DNA of 64,000 bases from an uncultured Flavobacteriaceae bacterium. Lineage in GTDB: Bacteria > Bacteroidota > Bacteroidia > NS11-12g > UBA955. The stretch spans positions 42-64,041 of the forward strand of contig CAZKOM010000004.1 of the NCBI GenBank assembly GCA_964554385.1. Direction: 5' to 3'. The translations under genes were made by a program, and so were the position numbers. The notes under the pieces were generated by a model. That model ran no database searches. It saw only the letters and a program-made list of their open reading frames with translations, and was not told the origin of the DNA. Shown here in pieces: positions 46,773-56,720 of this stretch (within the stretch, counting starts at the first letter, position 1; every line of letters begins with the position of its first letter).

Positions 46773-49096
46773 TTATAGAATTTCCACTGAACTCCTACTC
46801 GGAAACGGTAGGGCTGAATGGGATAGTAATTAACAAAATCATATCGGGGATTAAATCCTGGCATGTAGTTCAATTCATTAAAATGCTCCAATTTGAAATA
46901 GATGATAGCCGATTGAATTTGGGCTGTAAGGTAGGCATCCAGTTGGAGGTAATTTCCTGATCTGTTGCTTTGTTGCAAATTATAATAGAAACTTAAGGCA
47001 TCGGGACGATATTCCACAGGGGTAAAAGAACCAATATACCAGGCATTTAAACCAATGCGCGTTCGCATGGTTTTTTTAAACAAATAGTATTCAAGATGAA
47101 CATCAGTTAAACTTGTTAATTGAGGGATTCCAAAATTGAATAAATTGTTTATACTATCTGACTTAAATGACTGAAATGAAATTAATTGACTTATTTCAAA
47201 ATGATTTATTTTTTGATTAATGGAGAAATTAACGGCGGTAAACGGAACCTGAAACAACCATTGAGATGGTTGAGCACTGTTTAACCTCAAAATGGGATTG
47301 GTGATAGAGCCAATTTGAAATTCAATATTTGAAATTGTGTAGTTTTTGTTTTTACGTTTTTTATCCCTGGCATCGATTATTTCATTGGGATTGAAGGTGG
47401 CCTCAATAGCAACTTTTGGAATATATGTAAGACGCAGCGATACTGAGTTTTTACCAATTTGTGAAAAGTTATTGTTGTATTGGAAGTGATTGGAGTAAAA
47501 TTGTTGGTCGAATAAGTTGGCCGATTGTCTTTGAGAAAGGGCCTTAAACGTTACACTAAAGGGATAATGAAAATGGGGTATTCTCATTCCATCAATAATA
47601 TAATCGATGCTATCTACATTTGATTTAATTTTTCGGGTACTATCATTGGCGGATTGTGGGGTTTGAGGAATATTTTTACCCGTTAAAATCGATGGTGAAG
47701 ATGATTGTTGGATGGGTGCTTGTTTCAATTCCTGTTTCAATTTCCGAATAATAGGTGTTACGCTTACAAGGCCAATTTCGTAGGCACCTTGATTGTAACC
47801 GCTTACCGTGTAATTTGCATGTATGTAATTCCTTATGCCTGAAGTTGGTAAACTTATATTGGTATGAATGGCTGAGGATCTAAATTGTTTTGTCCCAGTT
47901 CCGTTGAAGTTGGGCTGTAATGATTCGGTGGTTGCCCGTTGGGTTGTCCAATTAAGTGTAACGTATCGGTTAGGATTTCTTTCACTGTTTAACTGAACAC
48001 CCATTTTATGGGTGCCGAGTCTCCAGTAAGAGGAATCGTTGATTTTTTTATCGTATTGATAATATGAGGAGCCGTAGTAATTGGTATCTCGCTTTGTATC
48101 GGCATACTGAAAACGGGTTTTCTCCCAGACGGATTCTTGGGTAATTTTAAGTGTTTTAGACAGAGCGTATTGGTTGGCAATAAGATGACTATTTAGGCCA
48201 TAAAATGATTTTGCTGGGCTGCTTAATCGGGATTCAAACGGACCAAAAGATCTAATTCCCCATGCAGTGGTATCTATTGTAGGCCAATATTGATTTACGG
48301 CGGAGGGGTTTAACCCACCGTATTCATTTCTGCGTAATCGGTTCCATGTAACGATGGTGAATTGCGAGAATTTACCGTTTTTGCTGAGGTAGTTACTTCC
48401 AATTTGCGTATTTCTTTGGGTGTTGTTTTGGCCCGCCCCGAGGATTAGATCTTCGTTTAACTGGCTTTTATAATCCAACGTTACGTTCCAAGTTGGGGAG
48501 AAATTTTGGGTATGGATGGCGTCAAAAACGAAGGTTCTACCATTGCCTTGGGTGTACTTCAATAAACTCAAAGGAGCTTTTGCCTTGTAAAATCGCATGG
48601 ACTTGGCGGTTTTTAAAGTAGTTGCAATTGGATTTAGACCCACCTCCATTTGATTGGATAGACTTACAGGAGCTAATAAAAGTCCAGGTGATCCCGGTTC
48701 CCCCAAATTAATCCAAGCCCCATTTTGTCCAGGGAATAGAGTATTACTGGATAGGGGGTTACTGGAGTAGTATATTACATTGTTATAGTTTAAGGTGTCA
48801 CCTCGATAAAAGTCATTGGGCTGAACACTTAGAATATTGTAACTGGATTCAAGTGGGTATTGCGGTAATTTTTTCTTTTTTTTCAGCTGTGCAATGGAAT
48901 CCTTTTTAGATATGGGCGCGTCTTCTTTGGCTTCCATTCCCTTGAATTTGCTTAGGTCTATTGCGGGCTGTGCAAATGCCGATCCAGTGGTTAATACGAA
49001 GCCAATTAATAAACCAAACCAGAATTTTTTGGTTATTAATTTTAAGAGTTTCGTTGCAAATGGTTTATGCTTGTGCACGGGCTTACAAATTTGCAT
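46769..49096 (-). CDS. hypothetical outer-membrane protein (large beta-barrel candidate)
   Basis: 775 aa. Signal peptide ...FWFGLLIGFVLTTGSAFAQ. Rich in Asn/Tyr/Gln with alternating hydrophobic patterns, and the C-terminus is YRFRVGVQWKFYN. No family recognised. Confidence 0.4.
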   Translation of the reverse strand: MQICKPVHKHKPFATKLLKLITKKFWFGLLIGFVLTTGSAFAQPAIDLSKFKGMEAKEDAPISKKDSIAQLKKKKKLPQYPLESSYNILSVQPNDFYRGDTLNYNNVIYYSSNPLSSNTLFPGQNGAWINLGEPGSPGLLLAPVSLSNQMEVGLNPIATTLKTAKSMRFYKAKAPLSLLKYTQGNGRTFVFDAIHTQNFSPTWNVTLDYKSQLNEDLILGAGQNNTQRNTQIGSNYLSKNGKFSQFTIVTWNRLRRNEYGGLNPSAVNQYWPTIDTTAWGIRSFGPFESRLSSPAKSFYGLNSHLIANQYALSKTLKITQESVWEKTRFQYADTKRDTNYYGSSYYQYDKKINDSSYWRLGTHKMGVQLNSERNPNRYVTLNWTTQRATTESLQPNFNGTGTKQFRSSAIHTNISLPTSGIRNYIHANYTVSGYNQGAYEIGLVSVTPIIRKLKQELKQAPIQQSSSPSILTGKNIPQTPQSANDSTRKIKSNVDSIDYIIDGMRIPHFHYPFSVTFKALSQRQSANLFDQQFYSNHFQYNNNFSQIGKNSVSLRLTYIPKVAIEATFNPNEIIDARDKKRKNKNYTISNIEFQIGSITNPILRLNSAQPSQWLFQVPFTAVNFSINQKINHFEISQLISFQSFKSDSINNLFNFGIPQLTSLTDVHLEYYLFKKTMRTRIGLNAWYIGSFTPVEYRPDALSFYYNLQQSNRSGNYLQLDAYLTAQIQSAIIYFKLEHFNELNYMPGFNPRYDFVNYYPIQPYRFRVGVQWKFYN

Positions 49097-49134
49097 GAAA
49101 TTCGGTGGTTATGTGATTTTTTTTAATTTTATCG

Positions 49135-49623
49135 ATGGAAAATGTATTTCTTTACAACATGGAATGGTCTGTGGTAGTAGGAATCGTTTTGGTTTCTACC
49201 GTTAAGTATGCAATTGGAGTAGGAATGGCCGTTTTGTCGATTTCTTCCCCGTGGCTGGGATTTTTATTTACCTCTTTAGGTGGAATTTTGGGAGTAAGCA
49301 TTTGGGTGTATTGGGGAGAAAAATTGCAATCGTTGTATTTTGATTATCGCAATCGTAGAGGTGTTATTTCAAAAAGATTTTCCAAAAAAAATAGGTGGTT
49401 GGCGCGGGTAAGATCGGAGGGGGGATTGCCAATTATCGCATTATTGGGTCCAGCAATAATTAGTTTGCCTGTTGCTTGTTTTATTGCCACGGGTATGGGT
49501 ATTAGTAGGTGGAAAGTATGGAGAGCAATCAGTATTTCGGTTTTATTGTGGGGGGTGATGTTTTTCGGATTGTTGATTTTCTTTGATATAGATTTATCCC
49601 ATTATTTCCGACATATTTTCTAG
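49135..49623 (+). CDS. hypothetical small membrane protein
   Basis: 162 aa with 4 TM helices and a basic cytoplasmic loop (YRNRRGVISKRFSKKNRWLARVR). No family recognised. Confidence 0.35.
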   Translation: MENVFLYNMEWSVVVGIVLVSTVKYAIGVGMAVLSISSPWLGFLFTSLGGILGVSIWVYWGEKLQSLYFDYRNRRGVISKRFSKKNRWLARVRSEGGLPIIALLGPAIISLPVACFIATGMGISRWKVWRAISISVLLWGVMFFGLLIFFDIDLSHYFRHIF

Positions 49624-49679
49624 TTTTTTTGACTTCTGGGATTACTCATTGTAAATTGTGCGATAATTCATTGATTAGC

Positions 49680-51728
49680 ATGAGTAAACGATTTTATGCC
49701 ATTGCATTTATTGTAGTGTTGGTAGTTTCGGCGTGTAAGCGGGAACCAATTTCTTGGGATAATCGGGTGGCGGCGCCATTGTTTTCTACGCAGTTTCGAT
49801 TGGGAGACATTAACAATGCGAATTTGCAACCCAATTTGATTGATTCCAGTTATCGATTGGTGTATGAAAATTTGGTTTACAGTTACAGGATGGAGAATGT
49901 TCGGGCATATGATACCGGATTATCTGTGTTCTTTACGTTAAATCGGTTAAAGCTGAATGATCAGAAAATTAATCGTGCTATTACCTTGGGTGAAATTAAT
50001 CCCATTTTTAAATTACTTGATGGTCAGACGGCATTAGTTCCAGCTCAAAATCAGCAGAATTTATCACCGGTGCAAATTGATGCAAGTGCTTTCTTTGAAA
50101 CGGCAACTTTGGATAGTGGTTATATGGATATTTCATTAACCAATTCTTTGCCTGTTCGGGTTAAATTATTGGTTTTTGAATTGTTGAATGCCGAAGATAA
50201 CAGCGTAGTTGCTTTGGATTCATTTCGGGATATTGACACGGGAACTACCGCTACTCGACGTATTGATTTAGCTAACAAAACGGTATCAAAAAATTTGTTA
50301 GGTAGTATTAAGTTATTGCAAACAGAAGCCAGTAATGGACCGGTATTGATTGAGGCCAATAAAGGAGTTAATGTAGAATTGGCGGTAACCCGATTGCGTC
50401 CAAGAAGAGCTATTGCGGCATTTCCTTCCCAGACGGTCATTTCTCAAGATGAGGGATTAACAGTATTTATGGGTGGAGCGGATGTGAAATATTTTAAAAC
50501 CAAGCGAGGTAGATTACGAATCAATTTGGTCAGTACAATTGAGGAGGACATGACGATGTTTTTCAAAATACCATCGGCCAGTAAAGATGGAAAAGTTTTA
50601 GAGTCTACCGTTAAGTTGCCGGGTGCTGCCAAGGGATCTGTTTCTACGCGTTTTGAGGATTTCGATTTAACGGATTATTTAATTGATTTTCGGGGAAAAA
50701 ATCCGGATGTTAAGGACACGGTAAATACGTTTCACCAGATATTATTGGTAACTCTAGATAGTTCGGGAAGAAAAGTGGAAGTGGGATTAAACGATAGTAT
50801 CCGAATTGAATATCGAATGGAGGGAATGTATCCCGATTATGCGATTGGATATTTGGGAAATTCTGTAGTTCAAACTGGGCCTCAGAAAGTGCCATTTTCA
50901 TTATTCAAAGGAGTGAACTCTGATTTGAAGTTGAAGGATTTTAAAGTGAGTTTGATTTTGAAAAACAGCATTGGGGCAGATGGCAGACTTCGATTGAATC
51001 AATTGAAGGGGGAAAATGTGTTTTCTCAGAAAGTGGAACCACTGAGAGCAGATGTATTGGGACAGGATTTATTTGTTACATCTCCACCATTTAAACGGGA
51101 TGCATATACCGTTACAGAGGTGGTATTGGATTCGAGCAATTCTAATATTCGTACGTTTATAGAAAATTTGCCTCAACTGTTACATTATGATTTGGATTTG
51201 GAAACCAGTCCAAACGGCAACGTGAATAATTGGCAGGATTTTGTTTTTGACAATAGTAAGGTAGATGTGATTTTGAAGGTGGAAGCACCGGCAGAGTTGT
51301 CTTTTTCTGAGCTTGTATTGCGGGATACCCAGTCGTTGGATTTAAGTAATTTAGGTGATTTAAGCAGGGTGAAATCAGCTTTAATGCGTGTGAAAGCGGA
51401 TAATGGTTTTCCTTATGGTGCCCAATTGCAGCTTTGGTTGTTGGATGCCAATATGGTTAAATTGGATAACTTGGATATTTCTTCAGAAACAAACCGGATA
51501 GAACCTGGAATTGTATTACCCGATGGAACACCGGTAGAATCGGTGGAAAGTCAATTGGAGCTTGCTTTACCAAGACGAAAAATTTCGGTATTACAGCAGG
51601 CGAAGTTTATTGCTATCGAGGCGAAATTGATAAGCGATGGACAGATGAAGTCGTTGAATAGTGCCTACGGTTTGCAACTTGCCACCACGTTGGACTGCGA
51701 ATACGAAGTAAGGGTTGGAGGGAAATAA
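49680..51728 (+). CDS. hypothetical lipoprotein
   Basis: Lipoprotein signal MSKRFYAIAFIVVLVVSAC. About 680 aa with no recognisable domain. The ORF-track start is 49629. Confidence 0.4.
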   Translation: MSKRFYAIAFIVVLVVSACKREPISWDNRVAAPLFSTQFRLGDINNANLQPNLIDSSYRLVYENLVYSYRMENVRAYDTGLSVFFTLNRLKLNDQKINRAITLGEINPIFKLLDGQTALVPAQNQQNLSPVQIDASAFFETATLDSGYMDISLTNSLPVRVKLLVFELLNAEDNSVVALDSFRDIDTGTTATRRIDLANKTVSKNLLGSIKLLQTEASNGPVLIEANKGVNVELAVTRLRPRRAIAAFPSQTVISQDEGLTVFMGGADVKYFKTKRGRLRINLVSTIEEDMTMFFKIPSASKDGKVLESTVKLPGAAKGSVSTRFEDFDLTDYLIDFRGKNPDVKDTVNTFHQILLVTLDSSGRKVEVGLNDSIRIEYRMEGMYPDYAIGYLGNSVVQTGPQKVPFSLFKGVNSDLKLKDFKVSLILKNSIGADGRLRLNQLKGENVFSQKVEPLRADVLGQDLFVTSPPFKRDAYTVTEVVLDSSNSNIRTFIENLPQLLHYDLDLETSPNGNVNNWQDFVFDNSKVDVILKVEAPAELSFSELVLRDTQSLDLSNLGDLSRVKSALMRVKADNGFPYGAQLQLWLLDANMVKLDNLDISSETNRIEPGIVLPDGTPVESVESQLELALPRRKISVLQQAKFIAIEAKLISDGQMKSLNSAYGLQLATTLDCEYEVRVGGK

Positions 51729-51774
51729 GTAGTTTAATAAAAATTGTATTTGAAGAATGATCAATGAAGCTAGG

Positions 51775-53463
51775 ATGAAATATCAGTTGGGTGTTCTGAT
51801 AGGAATGGTTTTAATAGGATTTTTAAATGAAATCAAGGCAGATGGAATAGTAACCAAGAAGGGTTTGGTAGAAAATAAAGGATGTAGGATAGAGTCTTTT
51901 TGGAATTATTGTTCTGATAGCACAGATAATCCACAGTCTAGTATGGACACAATGCCGGTTACAACAATTACAAAAAATGAATTTGGCTATACGAGTTGGT
52001 ATATTCCTTATTCATTGCGGTTAAGTCCTTCTGTTCAGGTATATACGGGAAGTAACGTACTGCCTCAAGCGTTGTTAAATAAAATCGTTTTTGGAGGCTA
52101 CATGGACCCTGAAATTATAGGTAAGGCGGATGGTAGATTGAAGCCAAATAATCGTTTGGGGTTTGAACAGTATAATGAATTGGGTTTCTACTATAAGGCG
52201 AATGGATCCGAATATTATGGATCGGGGTATCGTACAAACAGGGAATCGTTAGGATCATCAGAAATTGTCACCCAAGAAAATCCTAATAAAATCACGACTT
52301 GGGCGGATCGTGGTTTGCTCATTTCCGGTGATAATAAACGTGTGAAAGCGGGTACAAACGTACTAAACAACCAGTCCGATGGAAGTCAAAAGAAAAAAAT
52401 CTCGGTATGGATGGGGTTAAATTATTCGGTTTTGGCTGGTGCTCGATTTACGGATGATGCTTATCGTGCGTTGTTACGGGGTAATGGATATTATCTTGGA
52501 AAGACGTTGGATGTTGGAAATAATCGATTTAAACAGCTGGGTTATGCGGGTGCTGATTTTGTTTTTTTTAAAAACGGCGATAACGACAATTCCTTGGATC
52601 CATTGAAATCCAAGACGATTAGGATTCCAATTACTTGGATGGTTTCGGTTAGAAATTTAAGCAGTTTTCAGTTGTTGCAAACGGATGAGCTTGAGTTATT
52701 TACCTCGCCCGCTGCGGATTCATTGAGTTTGGATGGTAGATTTTATCAAGTTGGCTTGAAGGTCGGTAGTATTAATCCCGGTATAACTGTTGGTTTTAAT
52801 CAATTTTTATTAATTGGTAAGAGTGGATCTTTGCGTACATCACTGGATTTTTCCTTGGAAGATTTTGGTTTTTATTACCTACAAAACGCCAATGTACTAT
52901 CCAGAGGATATGCTTGGGATGCCAATGGTAAGGGTTTCAGCCCTAGCTCGGAATCCTCTACGCTGCCAGTGTACTTGAAACAGGCAAGCGTTACCACGGG
53001 AAACTTGCAATTGGGCAATTGGTTTACCCAACAGGTTGATACCGCAGAAGCGCGATTACGGGTTGTAGAACAAGTGCGATCGGGATGGATTATGTCGCCA
53101 TTTAAAGTTTCTATTAAGACCAATATATTCACGTTAAGTTATCGCAACCTTCCTGGAATGATGCCCTTGTTTTCGGTATATCCTGGATTACGAACAAGAC
53201 AGGTATATCGTTTTTTTGCAGAGGTATTTAATCTTAAAAAGGAATATTTGCGAAAAGAATTAGGAGCTAACAGCAAACTATTTATGGGTTTCTCCGTAGG
53301 CGGTTTTGATAAGGTTAACTGGCGATTGGGGTATGAAACCGACTACCTATGGTTGGGAAAAGCGGTACGATTCCGTGCTGATATTGTTGGGGTAGAGGCG
53401 CTTTTAGCACCCAAAACATATCATGGTTTTGGGTTTAACCTATCGGCATTGGCTTTGTTCTAA
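51775..53463 (+). CDS. hypothetical outer-membrane beta-barrel protein
   Basis: Signal peptide MKYQLGVLIGMVLIGFLNEIKA. Gly/Tyr-rich alternating strands, and the C-terminus ...GFGFNLSALALF ends with Phe, the beta-barrel signature. Confidence 0.4.
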   Translation: MKYQLGVLIGMVLIGFLNEIKADGIVTKKGLVENKGCRIESFWNYCSDSTDNPQSSMDTMPVTTITKNEFGYTSWYIPYSLRLSPSVQVYTGSNVLPQALLNKIVFGGYMDPEIIGKADGRLKPNNRLGFEQYNELGFYYKANGSEYYGSGYRTNRESLGSSEIVTQENPNKITTWADRGLLISGDNKRVKAGTNVLNNQSDGSQKKKISVWMGLNYSVLAGARFTDDAYRALLRGNGYYLGKTLDVGNNRFKQLGYAGADFVFFKNGDNDNSLDPLKSKTIRIPITWMVSVRNLSSFQLLQTDELELFTSPAADSLSLDGRFYQVGLKVGSINPGITVGFNQFLLIGKSGSLRTSLDFSLEDFGFYYLQNANVLSRGYAWDANGKGFSPSSESSTLPVYLKQASVTTGNLQLGNWFTQQVDTAEARLRVVEQVRSGWIMSPFKVSIKTNIFTLSYRNLPGMMPLFSVYPGLRTRQVYRFFAEVFNLKKEYLRKELGANSKLFMGFSVGGFDKVNWRLGYETDYLWLGKAVRFRADIVGVEALLAPKTYHGFGFNLSALALF

Positions 53464-53470
53464 TAATCTT

Positions 53471-53492
53471 GTCCGTGCAACACGGCTTTTAA
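53471..53492. terminator. weak bidirectional hairpin terminator
   Basis: CCGTG-caa-CACGG followed by CTTTT. It lies between the convergent OMP and thioredoxin genes. Confidence 0.3.
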
Positions 53493-53493
53493 C

Positions 53494-53895
53494 CTATTTC
53501 ATTTTGTTTACTAAGGCCATCAGACCGTCGAAGTCGGTATAGCCTAAGGAACGACCAATTACTTGACCTTTTTTAAAGAAAATTACGGTAGGGTAGCCTT
53601 CCAAGCGATATCGATCGGCAATATCCATTTGGGCTTCGGCATCAACTTTTAGTACCGTAACGATATCGGAATGTTTTTCTCTCACCTGTTCAATAAAGGG
53701 GGCCATTTTCTTACAAGGTCCACACCAGGTAGTGTAAAAATCAACCATTACTAGTTTATCACCGGCGATAACTTTATCGAATTCAGCGGTAGTGATAGGT
53801 TCTCCGGAGTGATTTGATTGTTGGCATTGGCTTTGAGTGGCCACGGTAAAAGCTGCGATAAGCAATACAAATCCAAGGGTTAAGAACTTTTTCAT
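53494..53895 (-). CDS. periplasmic thioredoxin-family protein
   Basis: Signal peptide MKKFLTLGFVLLIAAFTVA, then WCGPC active site (FYTTWCGPCKKMAP). Confidence 0.8.
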   Translation of the reverse strand: MKKFLTLGFVLLIAAFTVATQSQCQQSNHSGEPITTAEFDKVIAGDKLVMVDFYTTWCGPCKKMAPFIEQVREKHSDIVTVLKVDAEAQMDIADRYRLEGYPTVIFFKKGQVIGRSLGYTDFDGLMALVNKMK

Positions 53896-53948
53896 GAGGA
53901 ATTTATTTAACACAAAGGTACTACGGGAAGTTTGTATATTTTTGAAGA

Positions 53949-54914
53949 ATGCCTCAGGCTCACGAAAATACCGGAATATTGATATCTGTGGTTGTGCCCA
54001 TTTTTAACGAAGAAATGAACGTTAGAAAATTGTACAATCGGATTGATGATACTTTGATTTCAATGGGAAAGAGCTATGAAATTATCTTTGTAAATGATGG
54101 TTCTAGGGATGCTTCAATGCCCATTATTATTTCGATGGCTGAAGAAAATCCTTCGGTGAAATACATTGATTTAAGTAGAAATTTTGGACATCAAATTGCT
54201 ATAACGGCGGGTATCGAGCATGCAGTTGGTGAGTATATAGTAATCATGGACGGGGATGGACAGGATCCACCGGAGTTAATCCCTTCACTTTTTTCTAAAG
54301 CATGTGAAGGATATGAGGTGGTTTATGCGAAACGCAAAACGAGGCAGGGTGAAACGTGGATGAAGAAGATAACGGCTAAGGTGTTTTATCGGTTGTTGTC
54401 TAAAATGACGAAAGTTAATATTCCGTTAGATACCGGTGATTTCAGAATGATACACCGCAAAATACAGCGGGTATTGAAACACATGCCAGAGCAGGACAAG
54501 TATTTACGAGGTCAGATAGCATGGATAGGTTTTAATTCTACGTTTGTAGAATATGATCGTGAGGAGAGAATGGGAGGCGAAACCAAATTTAGTTATTCGA
54601 AGATGTTGAAATTTGCGATGGATGGAGTGGTTAGCTTTAGCAGTTGGCCGTTGAAATTGGCTACTATTTTTGGATTTTCTGTTTCTTTGGTAGCTTTTGG
54701 AATGATTATTTATTCCATTTATCAGAAGTTTTTTGGATACACTATTCAAGGTTGGACTTCATTGCAGATTTCCATTTTGTCTCTTGGCGGGGTGCAACTG
54801 ATTGGTATGGGCATGTTGGGGGAATACGTTAGCAGAATGAGTGAGAATGTAAAAAATAGGCCCACCTATGTTGTAAAGAATAGCAATATCGCCTCGATAG
54901 AAGATAAAGAATGA
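53949..54914 (+). CDS. GT2 polyprenyl-phosphate glycosyltransferase (GtrB/ArnC-like)
   Basis: ISVVVPIFNEE...IIFVNDGSRD...IVIMDGDGQD (DxD) catalytic domain, plus two C-terminal TM helices. This is the GtrB/DPM1-type architecture. Confidence 0.8.
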   Translation: MPQAHENTGILISVVVPIFNEEMNVRKLYNRIDDTLISMGKSYEIIFVNDGSRDASMPIIISMAEENPSVKYIDLSRNFGHQIAITAGIEHAVGEYIVIMDGDGQDPPELIPSLFSKACEGYEVVYAKRKTRQGETWMKKITAKVFYRLLSKMTKVNIPLDTGDFRMIHRKIQRVLKHMPEQDKYLRGQIAWIGFNSTFVEYDREERMGGETKFSYSKMLKFAMDGVVSFSSWPLKLATIFGFSVSLVAFGMIIYSIYQKFFGYTIQGWTSLQISILSLGGVQLIGMGMLGEYVSRMSENVKNRPTYVVKNSNIASIEDKE

Positions 54915-54915
54915 G

Positions 54916-56658
54916 TTGAGCATGCGTAAATTATTGCGATATTGGGCAGAAGACCGTTTGTTTTTTATCGGTTGGTTTTTTTTACAATGGATCTTGGGTT
55001 GGGGCGAGCGCTTAAAACTTGGCCCATTTGGTATGCATCAAGGGGCTCAAGCCGACAGGGCAGGTGTGGCTTGGAATTTTTACCACGAGACGTTGAATTT
55101 GTTTTTGCCCAGAGTGATGGAAAACCGCGCGGCAGAAGGAATTGCAGGCATGGAATTCCCCATTATTTCTTATGTGGTTGGACTTGCTTGGCGAGTTTTT
55201 GGTTTTCATGATTGGATGTACCGTTTGGTAGTTGGTTTGATTGTTACGGCTGGCTATTGGAGTATATGGCGATTGTTAAAGGAAATTGGCATTATTGGAT
55301 TGGGTAGGGTGGCGATTGTTTTACTATTATTTCTTTCACCCATTATGGTGTTTTACACTTGGAATTTTCTTCCGGATCCTGCTGCGTTGGGTTTTGTTTT
55401 TATCGGTTTGTATCATTGGCATCGTTGGCGTATAAATGCAAATGGTGAAGTGAGATCAAGTCCTTTTTGGGTTTGGTTTTTCTTCTCATTAGCTGGATTA
55501 ATCAAGGTAAGTATGCTAATTCCGTTTTTGTCTTTGATTACTTTGGAGTACATTAAATCGGATGTTCTAAGTGTTATTCGCGGATTTGGAGGTAAGCAAA
55601 AATTGAAGGTAAAAAACACGGAATTTGGTGAAACTATTGTGTTGGACGATGTCGAAAACCCAATGGGAAATGGGCAGCGATTTGGCTTTTTACCTATTTC
55701 AACTTGGCGATTAGCCATAGTTTATTTAGGAGTAATTGCAACAGTTGTTGTCTGGTATGTTTATTCTGCCTGGTTAACTAAATCTACATGGAACATCCAT
55801 TTCATTCAATCCATTAATCCGGTTGGGTCTCTGAATGAGTTAGTTGATATTTTAAACTTTGTTGAAAGTGTATGGTTGGATAGTTTATTTTTTGGTAGTG
55901 CTTTGTTTTGGTTGTTGTTTTTATGGGTATTTTCATTGTTGAAAAAGCAGGGGAATTGGGAAATTTGGGATATTCTCAGTGTGATTAATTTTTTTGGTTT
56001 CTTGTGTTTCTTTTTACTGTTTTCAAGGCAGTTTCGATTCCATGATTATTATTTGTTAACGGGTTGGCCATTTGTGTTTTTAGCATTGGTCGTGATTTTT
56101 AGAACACAATTATGGCAACGAGCGGTATTTGTTGGTTTTACTGGAATAGTTTCAATATTTTTCTTCGTTTACTATCCTATCCGAGGGATTGGCCACTCTT
56201 CTAAAATGCTGAGTTATCGCACAGAGCGCGGTAATTATTATTGTCAGAATGTGATTAAAGACGAACAGGACTTGGCGGACATTGGCTCTTGGTTGAATCA
56301 GCGAGGAGATCCAAATTATACAGCGGAGGTTTTGGTTGTTGGCGATCCATCTCCTTCAACAGCTTTGTATTATTTGCACCGCAAAGGATTAAGACTGGCA
56401 CCGGATTTCGATTCGGTTGCTTGCAGAGGCATTTGGAATAAACGGATAATGTTGGAATCAGGTATTTCTGTGGATAGTTTATGCTGGCAGTGGGAGTGGG
56501 ATTATCGATATGGTAAGCGAAGAAAATTGGATTTTTTAGTAGTTGAAAAAGGTTATATTGATACTTTAGGTATATCATCTTATATTGTTGATATAAAAAA
56601 CGATAAGAATTTGGTATATTCAAGTGGAAATTGGAACTTATACCAAATAAGTAAATAG
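54916..56658 (+). CDS. polytopic membrane protein, probable GT-C glycosyltransferase partner of the upstream GT2
   Basis: 580 aa with about 11-13 TM helices. Starts 2 nt after the GT2 stop (operonic). No catalytic motif confirmed. Confidence 0.35.
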   Translation: MSMRKLLRYWAEDRLFFIGWFFLQWILGWGERLKLGPFGMHQGAQADRAGVAWNFYHETLNLFLPRVMENRAAEGIAGMEFPIISYVVGLAWRVFGFHDWMYRLVVGLIVTAGYWSIWRLLKEIGIIGLGRVAIVLLLFLSPIMVFYTWNFLPDPAALGFVFIGLYHWHRWRINANGEVRSSPFWVWFFFSLAGLIKVSMLIPFLSLITLEYIKSDVLSVIRGFGGKQKLKVKNTEFGETIVLDDVENPMGNGQRFGFLPISTWRLAIVYLGVIATVVVWYVYSAWLTKSTWNIHFIQSINPVGSLNELVDILNFVESVWLDSLFFGSALFWLLFLWVFSLLKKQGNWEIWDILSVINFFGFLCFFLLFSRQFRFHDYYLLTGWPFVFLALVVIFRTQLWQRAVFVGFTGIVSIFFFVYYPIRGIGHSSKMLSYRTERGNYYCQNVIKDEQDLADIGSWLNQRGDPNYTAEVLVVGDPSPSTALYYLHRKGLRLAPDFDSVACRGIWNKRIMLESGISVDSLCWQWEWDYRYGKRRKLDFLVVEKGYIDTLGISSYIVDIKNDKNLVYSSGNWNLYQISK

Positions 56659-56720
56659 TGTAGACCTCTCTACGGATTAATGCCTTAAACAAAACACAAC
56701 ACGGGTTGTTGGTTTTGTAA

